A DNA stretch of 48,695 bases from Eremomyces bilateralis CBS 781.70 (GCA_010015585.1 ML975168.1), one strand, 5' to 3'. Shown: positions 27,822-39,998, counted from the first letter of the stretch. The notes: generated by a model from the sequence alone, not told the origin. Made by a program: numbers and translations.

Positions 27822-28583
27822 ATGGCGTCTCGCGAAGCTCGGTATTCCCCTCTTACACCCCCTAGCACCCCAATGCCATCTTACTGACCGGTGCAGATTC
27901 CACAAACAGGTCCTGATCGACACCACCCCCCTCCCGGACCACATCCCCAAGGTCAAGGAGATCGGAGCCAGCTCGGCCCCGTTGATGAGCGCGTCGTTCT
28001 TCATCGGCGCAAGATGCAGGGCATATAATGATGACTATATGCAGTGTAAGACGGAGGCGCATGGGACGGGGGAGGTGGATTGCATGCGCGAGGGGAGGAA
28101 GGTCACGCGGTGTGCGGCGAGCGTGTGAGTACAATTGCTTGACCACTATCCTACATCGCTCGGAACATGCTGATGGGTGGGGGATACTAGGATCGACGAT
28201 ATCAATAAGCACTGCCTCCAACAATTCCGCGCCCACTGGCAATGTCTCGAGGACAACAATCAACAAATGTGGAACTGCCGCACCGCCGAACGCCCGTTCA
28301 ACAAGTGCGTGTTCGACAACCTCGTAAGTCCTATCATCCCATATCTGCCGCAACCTCCTCTCCATTTTCACCTTCACCTCCGCTTCCTCCCCGCCTGAAT
28401 TTGCTTCCCCAGCTGACATATTTCGTGTGCCAGAAACTGGAAAAAGTCATCCCCGGCACCCCCCCGAATGTCGTCCCGGTGCACCAGAGGAGAAAGCAGA
28501 TTTTCGCAGATAACGATCAGTCGAAGGATTTGGTGTTTCCGACGACGAAGGCAAAGACGGCGGATACGAAGGCGACGGCATAA
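27822..28583 (+). CDS. NDUFA8: NADH:ubiquinone oxidoreductase 20.8 kDa subunit (CX9C protein), 4 exons
   Basis: MASREAR|FHKQVLIDTTPLPDHIPKVKEIGASSAPLMSASFFIGARCRAYNDDYMQCK...CMREGRKVTRC...HCLQQFRAHWQCL...CRTAERPFNKCVFDNL. Confidence 0.93.
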
Positions 28584-28854
28584 GGAAGGGGTGGAGGGAA
28601 ACGTGGAGGAGATTCGGAAAATCAAGCCGTGGGAAGAAGCAGTCTGTACGTGGCTTTAGGAAGGTTGCAGAGAGCAGACGGGTCTGGAGATCTTGTATGA
28701 ATATTTCTAGACGTGGGATCTACCAAGATCCAGAACCGACTACAGCGAGGTCGTGGAACATAATCGCTGCTTCCAAATAAGCAATTCATAAACGAAACGC
28801 CCAAACCACCCATCAACCTAACCCAAACCAATACCTCCACCCCTAAAGAAAATC

Positions 28855-31622
28855 TTATCCCTCCTCCTCCTCCCATCCCACTAACCGCCGCTCCGTCAAC
28901 CCCCTTATCCTCTCCCCCAACCCGTCCCTCCCATACCGCCCCGCAATCTTCTCCGCCGCCTCCATCATCCGCCCGCTCCGATCCCTTAGCAACCCCGCCA
29001 ACTCCAGCGCCTTCATCCCCCGCTCCTCCCCCGTCCGACACTCCACCGCCACCAGCTGCAGCACCGCCTTGTCCACTTCGTTCTCCCGCCGTCCGAGTTC
29101 CGCGCGCTGAGAGGAGGTGGCCCGTGTCGCGGAGAGCATGTCGTCGAGGAGGGAGAGGAGGATAGAGTTCTTTACGAATTGCTGCTCGAGGTGCGCGGCC
29201 TCGTCGACGTCAGGTTCTTCCTCCCCATCCGCTCCACCAGCCGTCTTCGCCTTCGGGCGGGTAGACAGTGGCACTGAAAACTCGAATTCGGAGAGCAGGG
29301 GCCGCGGGAAGTAGGGCGAGCGCTCGCCGCCTTTGAGGATGATGCAGTGGAATTTCTCGTGGGCGACGGCGACGGGCCAGTAGGTTTCGTCTTTGAGGCC
29401 GGAGGCGAGGCGGGGGAGGTGGGTGGTGTCGAGAAGGGGGGTCCAGCGGGCTTGATTGGGGAGGCGCCAGTGGAGGAGGGTGAGGAGGAGGCCATTACTG
29501 GTGTAGATACAGGGATCCTGAGATAAACGTTAGCTATGTTATGGAATTTCGATGGAAATGGAGGAGGGGGAAGTATACCCCTGAGTCGGAGAAGAATACG
29601 CTCTGCAACTTCGCGTGCTCGTCAACCGCTACAATGTCCTCCATCTGACACACCTCATCGCGCTTCACATTCTCAATCGAATATAGCAGACTACAAAACC
29701 CATCCGCGCGCGGCGGCCCGTTCCCGATCGTCATCACGTAGTTCCGCCACGCGGCGCACGTCACGGCCGGCGAGCTCTTCTGCTTGTACACGCGGAGCGG
29801 CACGCCGAACAGTGAGTAGATGCGCACATAGTGGTCGGAGGTAGTGGCGACGACGTACGCGTCGCTCAGGGCGATGGAGGTGACGTGTTCGCCAGCGGGG
29901 AGCGGGGTGCGCCAGTCGGTGCGGGCGGTCCAGGTTTCGTGGGGGCGGTAGTGGATGGTGGAGGGTTGGGTGGCGGAGGGAGGGCAGGCGAAGAGGGCGC
30001 CGTGCTCGGTGAGGCAGGCTTTGTCGTAGAGGAAGGGGTCGGTGAAGTGGAAGTCGCGGTGGAATTCACGGTCGTAGAACTCGACGGTCACAGTGTTGTG
30101 GGTTCCTTGGTCGACGGTCCAGATGAAGCCGATGAGGTTGAGGCAGAGGTAGCGGCGGTTGCCGCGCCATGATGTGCTGCCGGGTTGAAAGGCTTCGTGG
30201 TGCTGGATTTCGAAGCCGCCATATCCTCCATACCCTCCATATCGCTTTTTCGGTCGGTTGGTGTCGACGGGGTCGAGATGGCTATTTGTTCGCTTGCCAT
30301 GCCCATTCAACCCCTCGGTGTAGCCCGCGCCGTCATCGTCGTCGATGAAGCCATTCAACGAACCAACATCACTACCAAGATCCGATCCAAGATCCGATCC
30401 CATGATCTCGTCGAGCGTGTCGGGGGTGCCATCTCTGCGCCGTGGAGGTCCCGCGTTTGGCTTAGTTCCATTGATGCCATTCTGCTTCGCGCCACCTAGA
30501 GTATCATGGAGCAGTGGTGCAGGCTTGATGCCCTCTCGAAGAGCAAAGGATAGCTCACTGGGTACGAAGTTCGGGCGAATGAACAGTTCGCCTTCATTGG
30601 TGGTGTACGAAAGGATGTTCTCCCCTGGATGCCATTTGAGAGCGAGGATGGTCGCGGGGATATCGTCGTAGACATGGGCGACGGTTTGTTTCAGAGCATC
30701 CCACAAGATCAACTTGCGGTCTGCTCCTGAGGTGGCAAGGAATGCCCCATTCGGCGACCAAGCAAGTGCAGTAATATTTCCGGTATGTCCATTCGAAAAG
30801 ACTTTCTGGTTGGCCCAGTCTTCCTGGGAAACCACCTGGATATCTCGGGTACCGGTCGGTGCGGCGAATGCTCGTCCATCAGGATGCCAGAGGACGGCAG
30901 CGCTTGACTCGGAGTCCGTTTCGAAAGATTTGACCACACCATCGACCTTTTTAACCAGTTGCGGTTCCTCCGAGCTCATGGAGTATATGTAGATGATGCC
31001 GTCTGAGCAGGACACTGCAAGACATGTGCCGGACGGGTCGAACGAGACATGTTTAGAACCTTTCGATTGCTCGCGGAGGTATAATACGCGGGTCATATCT
31101 TCCGTATTGACGACTTTGACAACAAGTTCACTGCCATTGTCAGCCGGTTCTCAAGGTATGTGTGGCGGACTTACTCGCTTGCTACAGCCACCCATTGGTG
31201 ATCTGGCGACAGCGCAACATCTCGCACTGGCAACGTGCACCGTACTAAGACCTCTTCCAACGTATTCGACTGCATAGAGTACTTCGACACGGTGCCATCC
31301 TCCGATCCCGTGATAAAGAAACCATTCTGCAAACTTTGTAAGTGCGGGGTCCGATCGTATGATTCTACAGCCAACGTACCGCAGCTGCCACGGCAAAATT
31401 AGATTCCTGACAGTTATCGATGTTCGTCGGCTCGGAATCTGAGCCAGACTGGAAGATTCGAATGGCATTGTTCAGCCCGACAGTGACCAAATGCCTTCCG
31501 TTCGGCGTATAGCTCAGATATGTCGGGCCAGGCGTGTCTTGGGCTTGTTAGTGAGAGTGGTTGAATGGGAGGGAGCGATACGTACGTGCTGGACGGCCTC
31601 GTAGGCGACCTGGGTTAGCCAT
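28855..31622 (-). CDS. CTF4: Replisome/cohesion factor Ctf4 (SepB/Mcl1), WD40 plus SepB domain
   Basis: MANPGRLRGRPAH start; WD40 repeats; HEAFQPGSTSWRGNRRYLCLNLIG, VTVEFYDREFHRDFHFTD, ETYWPVAVA; C-terminal helical region. Confidence 0.94.
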
Positions 31623-31730
31623 ATTGACGAAATTTTGGGAATATCACTCTGTAATTGACGACGATGGGAGCCTTCAAACGATCCTGGAGGTCATAATCTG
31701 TTTTCAATTGTCGATTTCCGACTCATTGAC

Positions 31731-31750
31731 ACGCGACGCGAGGGACGCGT
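31731..31750. promoter_or_regulatory. Cluster of MCB-like (ACGCG) elements upstream of CTF4
   Basis: ACGCGACGCGAGGGACGCGT: three ACGCG cores including one perfect ACGCGT, ~110-130 bp before the CTF4 ATG. Confidence 0.55.
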
Positions 31751-32140
31751 TCTAGACCCCTGTCTCGTGTAACCAATTAAACGTCGTGACTCCTTACTGC
31801 CTGGACCCTTAGGCAACAAGGCCGACAATTGAACGGTGAGCAGAAAGAACCCCAGTAACACTCTCCATCGTTCCTTCCATTTCACTTCCCACCCTCCTCT
31901 CTTACCTTCACCACAACAACTTCTGCTAATAACTAAAATAAAACCTCTCACTTCCCCCACAAAACATCTCACTCACTTCAATTCCCCCACACCTTCCTCT
32001 TTACCCAGCACTCTTTCCCATCCAATCTCTCCACAACATCTCCCAACCTCTCGCCGTCCAGCTTCCATCCTCACTCATCAATCGCATTCACTCAACCCAA
32101 TTCGCACTCACCATCCACCACATCTCCAACCACAATCAAA

Positions 32141-32646
32141 ATGGGTGAAGGAAACGGCACCACTATCAATCCCGGCATGGCTGGCGTGAAGCCCAGCGAA
32201 CCTGACACCCAGGAATTTAGCGGGAAAGGAAAGGCCCCCACCGCGCAACCTGACACGAACATGATGGACGAAGACGATGATGATGATGACGATGATGAGG
32301 AGGACCAGGTATGAGCGCATTAACCGCGCAACCTCATTGTCTAAATGGCACATCACTAACCGCCTCGCAGAATGAAGAGCGTTCGTATCCCTCCACCCGA
32401 TCTCACTCCCCTCCAACCCCACCACAACAGCCCACCCACTAACCTTGCCCCCCAGCTGAAGAAGAAGAAGAAGACGATGACAACATGGAAGAAATCGACA
32501 CCAACAACATCATCAACACCGGCCGCCGCACCCGAGGCAAAGCCATCGACTTCGCCAAGGCCGCTGAGAACGCCAACGACCTCGACGACGAGGACGAGGA
32601 TGAGGATGACGATTTCCAGGCGCCAGAGGACGCGATGGAGGAGTGA
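32141..32646 (+). CDS. CHZ1: Histone H2A.Z chaperone Chz1 (3 exons including a 10-nt microexon)
   Basis: MGEGNG...GKGKAP...poly-D/E; CHZ motif MEEIDTNNIINTGRRTRGKAIDFAKAA; microexon 32371-32380 keeps the frame. Confidence 0.9.
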
Positions 32647-32844
32647 AGTGGTATGTACAGTTGTCACGTGATTGGTCGTGGAGTGGCGCTGACGTGAATC
32701 GAGCAGGTCGCGTTAGTTTCGGAGGAGTGAGGAGGGGTGGAGGGCGGTGGTTATTGTGCCCTATTTGTGCAGCAGCGTTGGCGTGGTAGGGGACGTGGTG
32801 ATGGTATCTTGGGCTTTCTCATTTCATGCTGTTGGGGGTAAGCG

Positions 32845-33410
32845 GTCGACCACAATGCCAATCCCATTCATGGCATACAGTTTAGCGGGCTGTGCCAGTC
32901 TATTACATTTAGATGATCTGGACTGCCTGCATACACCCGCAAAGGTTGTATTCCATGGCTGGAGGACGCGTGTGTGTCTTCCTCTACTTGCTGTCACGGC
33001 ACCGGGTTTATCGGGAGTGGTGGACATGTCTTGAGCTCGCTCGGCTGTTAGTGGCGGGCGGTCACATTGCTAATCCCATCCATGGCATGCAGTTTAGTGG
33101 GTGATTATGCCCGTCCGCTATATTGAGATGCTCTGGACCAGGCGCATGGATCCGTGAAGGTTGTATTCCATGGCTGGAGGAGACGTGATTGTTTCGCTAC
33201 TTTCGGCTACGGCATCGGATTTGGTATCGGACGTGGTGGAGACGTCTTGGTCTTTCTCAGCGACATGTTGTTAGTGGCAGGTGTCACATTGTCAATCCCA
33301 TTCATGGCATGCAGTTTAGTGGGTTGTGCCAGTCTACTACATTTAGATGCCCTAGACTGATTGCATTGACCTGCGAAGGTTGTATTGCCATGGCTGGAGG
33401 AGGCGCGTGG
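32845..33410. repeat. Degenerate tandem array, ~215-220 bp unit, 3 copies
   Basis: AATCCCAT(T/C)CATGGCAT(A/G)CAGTTTAG at 32860, 33072 and 33294; AAGGTTGTATT(G)CCATGGCTGGAGGA at 32942, 33157 and 33376. Confidence 0.9.
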
Positions 33411-33735
33411 CTTTGCCGAATGATCATGATAAAACGTTATGACTTCATGGGTCCTCGACATAGCATGAATCACCGAATACCTTATGATTCACTGATGACT
33501 TCCTTCTTGCAGAGGCGATCAAAGTAACCTTAAAATAGGCCTGTGGCGCATAAAGGCAGCCTTTCTGCCCGTGATCTCTGCCTTTCTAGAGTATATTAGC
33601 ACCCCCGTAGGATTATTAATCAAGTATTCTTAATCATGGGGAGGAAATACGGAAATAGTTAAATCGCTCAAAAACGGCATCTTCGCGACCAGTGCATACT
33701 TCCTAATTAGGAACTCAAATGATCCTCTTTTCTCA

Positions 33736-33760
33736 TCTGATCGTCTGATCGTCTGATCGT
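33736..33760. repeat. (TCTGATCG)x3
   Basis: Perfect 8-bp tandem repeat. Confidence 0.9.
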
Positions 33761-33984
33761 ACAGTGATGTCTTGATCCTCATCTCGCGCCACATAACCAC
33801 CTTGCTTACAGCACTCATTCTCCGCCTTCCGGAAATCCTCCGCATCCACGCCACCCAGCTATAAACTCCGTCCCTACCGTGCCGCCTGTGAAGGAAGCGG
33901 AATTGAGGATGACGATCCGACTGGCCGTCGGAGATCCTACACTACGTCAACACCGCGCGATTGATTCAAATGATGTAGACAAAC

Positions 33985-35419
33985 CTCTGCCGTAATATGC
34001 TGGTTCTCCCTCCTGTACGCATCCTGCTCCCGGAGCGCCATCGTCTCACTCCCCGTGCGAGGGTTCAATTCCTACAAGTCGAATGGAGCCTCAAACATGA
34101 TCCCCCTAAGGGTTTTCACACGGGAGACTGCCACGTAGGTCAGGCCAGGCGCGAACTCCCGCTCCGAAATGTCCAGCACAGCCCGTGCTAGAGTCATTCC
34201 CTGCGACTTATGCGTTGTGATGGCATAGGCGATGGCCAACGGGATCTGTGAACGTGAACAGGAAGTGTTTCTGATATAGAACTCGCGACGTGATGGGAGG
34301 ATTGAGACCAAAGCAAAACCGCCTACGTCCAACGTCACTCCATCATATCGATCGAATTGAACGAGGAGTATGGATGGAGGGTCCTCATAGATATCAGCAC
34401 TAGTCTACCAGCTAATATCACGCACCGTTCCTATCGCACCGTTCACCAGGCCTCGTTCGGTCTAGAGATTCTTTGCCAACATAATACGGGTTCCCAACGC
34501 CATCGGAATCTCAGAATGGAGGTTTCCTGCCTTATTAGTTGGAACTTTTTTGCCTTCACCCCTCCTTCGTGAATTGCTCGACACATCATTACAGGAGAAC
34601 GGAGATCGCGTAAACGACAGTAGTTAAACATAGCAACAGGCGCTTTTTACCGAAATACGGAGAGTGTCTCGGAACGATGCCACCTCCTCAGACGGAAGTA
34701 TGGCCTGTACTCGTGTACTAAGTTGTGTCCAGTCGTCACGAGTTGCGGAGTCTATCCGCAGGTGATCGAGAGCCTGGCGGAACTGAATCGACTCAACGTT
34801 ATTGCCCTCCTGCCGAACGACTTCATCAAGCTCGATCGTTCGCTCGAATTGGTAGTAGATATTACGCACATACTGTTCATCTAGCTTTATATGCCTCTTC
34901 TGGTTATGAAGAGCAGTTGCCAAGACTAGAGGAAGCTGGAAGAAATCGCCAGAGGAGAATACAGACACCAACGAAAGACTTGTGTACGTCAGGAAAGATC
35001 TCGTGGCAACGACGGTCAATATAGGAGAGCTGGCGAAGGCCAATCATAGATTTTTCGTCGATGATCAGATACCGTATACCCCCGAAAGTGGCCTAAGCGG
35101 CTTAAAGAGCAGTCGGCTGGATGGGATCGAGAGACTTGACATCCTGAACAGGAAGACAAAAAAGGGTATGCAGTGTCGACGCGGAGTGACTGAGCTGCGA
35201 CGCCCGTAGCCGGCCTGTACCCGCCTCGCCATCAACGTTAATCAGGAGCTGAGGCCCAGGAGTACCTGTCGCGATGACGCGTGCGAAATGCGAAGTGGGT
35301 CGTCAGATATCGCATGCTAAACAACGTAGTCGGCGATGTTTTGAAGTAAACTCCTTATCAGCCCTCCAGGACCTACAGTTCGAGCATACGCTGCCACTGG
35401 GGTCTCCAGAAGACGACAT
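33985..35419 (-). pseudogene. Degraded PIF1-family helicase of Helitron-like transposon type
   Basis: Motifs in order: LLINVDGEAGTG, YLIIDEKSMIG, GDFFQLP, ELDEVVRQ, IMLAKNL*TERGLVNG, QIPLAIAYAITTHKSQGMTL, GLTYVAVSRVK. Several in-frame stops, at least one frameshift and internal deletions. Confidence 0.88.
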
Positions 35420-36456
35420 GCCGGAGGCGTAATGAGAGTGACCAGTACTCCGTAACGGTGGTACATCAGGAATGGTGGTGGAGAGGAAATGAAGGGAATG
35501 AGAAGTCACGTGATTTATGTTCGCCAACCCCTTTTGCCCCTGTCGAGCCAATTAGAGAGCAAGAAGGAATTGATTTGACCACTTGAGTAACTCGCTATGC
35601 CCCGTGGGCCGTGATGCTCGTGATGATCATGTCTCTGAACATGGCTAATTACCCCTTCGCCTTGATTTGAACCCGGCCCAAATTCCACGCAGTGCAACTC
35701 GCCCACATCACCCCGTACGACACACCGTCGCACACGAACGAGCCTGGCCGACGGTGCTTGCCTGCTTGGTAATTTTGTACCTGTCCTGATTCGCGAATCC
35801 CAATTCCCATCTCAAGGTTGATTCCCAGGCCGAAGAAAGCCTCACTGGAGTTAACCGGTCAATATCCACTTCCACCTGGTGGAGGAAACTGTTAACATTG
35901 AAGGATATCGCTACGGTGTCGAAATGCCTTAAGCATCCATTTCTTGACCTGATAGGTACTATTAATACCAGCCCGATTAAAATGCAATGTTTGGTGATCA
36001 ACGAAAATACAAGGTACACGGCACACGACTTTCAAGGGGCCATGCTAATCTCAGGCACTCAGCACTATTCTCAGGCGCTACACGCGGCCGGAGTTTAGCT
36101 TAGTTAGCTTACTTGGCAATGTTTGATACCAACTGGCGAATCAAACGCCTGAAAACGGGTAAAAGGTGGAATCCCTTCAGTCGTGATCGGAGCGAGGTAT
36201 CCTGAATAGGGTGTTGGTATTTGGCAGAAATAACACACATAATAAAAGGCCGTCAGCCGCCTGTTCCTCCGGGCCATGAAGTCTGTCCGGATACCTACTT
36301 TCGCCAGCCTTGCACGCCAAGTCACGAGATGTTCTTTGGATTATAACTTTTATACGACCCGTCATGACTGCTTAAGGGACGAATACTGAGACCAACCAAC
36401 CGATCGCCGCTACAACCCACCGTCTATCCTATCTTGGTGCTCAATTCGAGTACACG

Positions 36457-37508
36457 ATGCCCGATCCACCGGCCCTAACTACGACCTTCACACCTCCTGC
36501 TTCCTGCTTTACAGACTGGTTCTTCAGTACCAACGATCAACAAGGCCCTTCACGATCGGCCACGGAATGCTTTCCGAGCGGATTCGGCGGATGGGAGCCA
36601 GCCCGGAACTTCTATTTCTCACCTGGAGTCTGCCCCATTTCATACGTGACGCGAAAAACCTCCCTCAAGCGTATCGGGTCCGCAACCGAAACAATTGTAG
36701 CATGCTGCCCAAGGTACCGTTTCCCATGAACTTCTCATCGTGCGCGGATGGCGGGCTGATCGTTCCCGACTGGAAAAGTGGCTATAACTATATAGATACC
36801 AACAACGACTGTTTTTCGCTCACCACACCGGGACCCGATGTTTTAGAAACAGAGACGGCCAAGGAATATCGGGGCTCCACCGTGGTTGGAACTGTCACGC
36901 GGACAATCGGTAATGGAGTGAAGCGGTATATGTGGGCTTTACCCGTACGTGTGCGATTTCAGGAGAAAGATACGTCGCTTTTCACGGCGGCGCCGACGGT
37001 GACATCGTCCTTAGACTCCGAAACCAATATCGCAACGATAACGGCTACGACAATAGGGCCGGTAGTACCAACGGTAGTATTACCGGCTGTACCAACGGTA
37101 GTATTACCGGCTGTACCAACACCAGCGGCGGGAATGCCCTCGCCCCCCGGAATCAGCGCCGGCGTGAGTGCGGGAATCGGTATTGGTGTGACGCTGGGCG
37201 TGCTGCTCTTGTGCGCAGTTGGGTTCGGTTTCTTCCGAGCGATGAGAAAGAAACGGGCTGGCGGCGTAGCGAGCAACAGAGGACTCGACATGGAGAAGCA
37301 CCACGAACCTGGTCCACCCGCGCTTTATGATCCTCATCCCCCTATCGCAGAACTGGATGCTACCGTTTACAGCGAGTTGGATGGAGGTATGATCCCGTTG
37401 GCCGAGCTGGGGAGTCCCGGTGAACAGAAGTCCGCGTCAGGAAGTCTCTTAGATCATAATGGTGGCAGTGTGAGTGGGAATTCCCCTACCACGGTCCGCG
37501 AATTTTGA
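36457..37508 (+). CDS. Uncharacterised Cys-rich ectodomain, single-pass membrane protein (2 exons)
   Basis: LTTTFTPPASC...CFPSGF...YFSPGVCPISY...ACCP|SGY (intron 36714-36778); T/P-rich stalk with a 24-bp tandem repeat; TM segment SAGIGIGVTLGVLLLCAVGFGFF followed by basic residues; AELD-type tail motifs. Confidence 0.8.
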
Positions 37509-37565
37509 TATTGGTACCCGAACATGGTTCTCAAGCTCGGCGATATCACACACTGGCCAGTAGCG

Positions 37566-37670
37566 AAGATGGAGATTTGCTACCTATTCCTGGTTATGGA
37601 AGCGAAAGGCGAAGACGATGCTCCAGGATTCAGAGCGGCTGAGTTGCGCGCTGCGTTCTCCATTGCCGGT
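37566..37670 (+). pseudogene. Possible fragment of a fungal PD-(D/E)XK nuclease-like gene
   Basis: Isolated peptide YLFLVMEAKGEDDAPGFRAAELRAAFSI resembles, from recollection, the FPFLxxEAK...PGF...Q.AF.I segment of fungal nuclease-like hypothetical proteins; no full ORF. Confidence 0.35.
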
Positions 37671-38573
37671 CCCTCAAAATCCAAGATACGTTGTGGTCCA
37701 CGAGCCGCGCCGACATCGATCCACTAGCATGGTTCTTCGCATTCCATAGAGAAGAATGGCGACGCGACGCCGGAACTCTGAATGGCGATGAGGTGGTGAG
37801 ACTGGCTCCCATGCTTCGATATTCTCACGCTGAGAAGCAAGCAGGACACAACTAGATCCGGTAGCCAAAGTCTTTCGAGCATTCGAGCGACTCCGCGGCC
37901 TGTCGGGGAAGATCTTTAGGTCCTACACGCTGAGAAATGCCAGCCTTGTACGTTGCCTCTCGCACCATCCACATGCGACGTCCGCCCAGCTGCAATGGAC
38001 CAGGCCAGAAGATAAGGGATCACCAAGTTCTCGGACGCAGCAGGAAGCCCCGATCCGTCTCGTCTTGAGAGGAATCCGCATGGCATGACGGACAATATCT
38101 GTAAAGAATCAAACTTCAAATTAGAAACTGAACCTCTGTTTTTGTTCAACGTGTGGTTTAGCTCCTTGATCGCCTCTTCCGATTATATTCGGTATGGACC
38201 AGGTGTGGGGGAATAAGGTCAACGCGTTATTATGTGGTAGTTCCATTCGTCCCTGACCAGCTTATCGACGGCAGATTGTCCGGGATGCCTGGGTTTCCGG
38301 TTCTGTGGCCATAGGTGCTTAATTGATGAGATGATGATTACTCATTCTAAAAAAATTGAACGATACGATATGTTGTGTCTATAAGTAGGTTCAGCTGTAG
38401 CAAGTACGATGGTATATACGGCTGGGTACGGTAGCTTGGCGGGGTCAAATCGGAGAAATATCGATCTGATTCTAATATCAATCTTGGAATTATATCCATC
38501 TCTCTCTCTTCACCCTATCCATCAATTCAAGATCAAAAGTCGCAAATTTTCAGAATATCACCAGTATCCCAAA

Positions 38574-39842
38574 ATGCTCATCAAAGAATCCTCCCACGAT
38601 GTGCCGACTAAAGCTGGTGGTGATATGAGTAATACCGCACCCACCCATAAGAACATCTCCATTGAATCCAGATCAAGATAACTGATGAATCCTCAAGGAA
38701 TCTTCATCTTCCATCCTACGGTACCAAATTACCCTCAAGCCAAGTTTTCAGGCGTCGTTCTCTTCAGCGAAATCTACCAAGGTACTTCCTCACCTTACCT
38801 ACGTCCCCCACCAGCCCCACCACCTTGTCCGGGCTTCTGGTTATCGTCCGTCATCCCCTAAGCCAGCATCGTATTCATCAGGTAGTGGATCATAAATATT
38901 TACCCCAAATCCAAGTAACTGGCCCCGTTGCCCGCTTCGCCCGCCAAATCGCCAGCCACGGCTTCATCGTCGCCGCCCCCTCGTCGTACCATGAATTCGT
39001 CTCCTCGGAGCCCTTGGCATATGACGTGCCAGGCACCGACAAAGGGAACGAGTTGAAGATCACGAAGGTTCGTATATCCCCACCGATCCTATCCATCCCA
39101 TCCTTCCTTACCCATTAGATTGGTTGCGTTGACCCCTAACCCGCTTATATAGGAAGTCTCCGCCTACGACGAAGACGCCACGCTCTCCATCGACCACCTC
39201 CTGTCCCTGCCGACATGCAACGGGCGGATAGGCGCCACGGGGATGTGTCTTGGCGGGCACCTGGCGTACCGCGCCGCGCTGGATCGCCGGGTCAGCGCGG
39301 CGGTGTGTTATTTCGCGACGGATTTGCACTCGCGGACGTTGGGGAAAGGGAAGTGTGATGACAGCCTGGAGAGGGTGGGGGAGATTGGAGGGGAGCTGGT
39401 TATGGTAAGCATTGATAAATTAGGCTCTTCTTTGGAGATATCCTGGTGGAAGGAGTGAGGGGTGGATGATGGGAACCCTTATTGTGGGATTGGTTCGGTC
39501 ACTGACTTGGTATAGATCTTCGGGAAAATGGATAACCACGTCCCTCCGGCGGGACGAGACCTGATCCGCAAGACGCTCACGGATGCGGGCGTCGTGTACA
39601 GCTTATACGAGGTTGCTTGGGCACAGCGTGAGTACCGCAGAGAACGAAACATTTTGGTTGAGTGGACAGTCGTCTAACAATGCATAGATGCATTCATTCG
39701 CGACGAGTTGTCAAAAGGTCGATATGATCCGGCTATTTCTAACATTTGTTTTTCCATGCTCATGGAGGTCTTCAACCGATGTCTCCGGTCTGATCTGGGC
39801 CCGCGAGAGGGCGGTGGTGGGGAGGCGATTGGCGGATGTTAG
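38574..39842 (+). CDS. Dienelactone hydrolase family protein (carboxymethylenebutenolidase-like), 6 exons
   Basis: MLIKESSHDVPTK...FSEIYQ|VTGPVARFARQIA...GMCLGGHLA (Cys nucleophile)...FGKMDNHVP...WAQH|AFIRDELSKGRYDPA...GC*. Confidence 0.92.
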
Positions 39843-39998
39843 ATATAGGGAAGGCAGATGAGAAGTAGTATGACAGCAATGCCAAACAAAGGAAATATAA
39901 TCTACTGGGTGTTTTTCCCGCCCTTTCATTCTTCCTCTCATTGATGGTAGGGCACTACAATACCCTACAAACGACTTAGTCGCCTTTGCATTCTCCCA

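Noticed and set aside
33586..33589. CTAG as a canonical Helitron 3' end
   Set aside because: On the element strand it is followed by A rather than T, and no hairpin lies just upstream of it.
35560..36400. Short ORFs between the PIF1 relic and the membrane protein gene
   Set aside because: No recognisable motifs or consistent splice structure.
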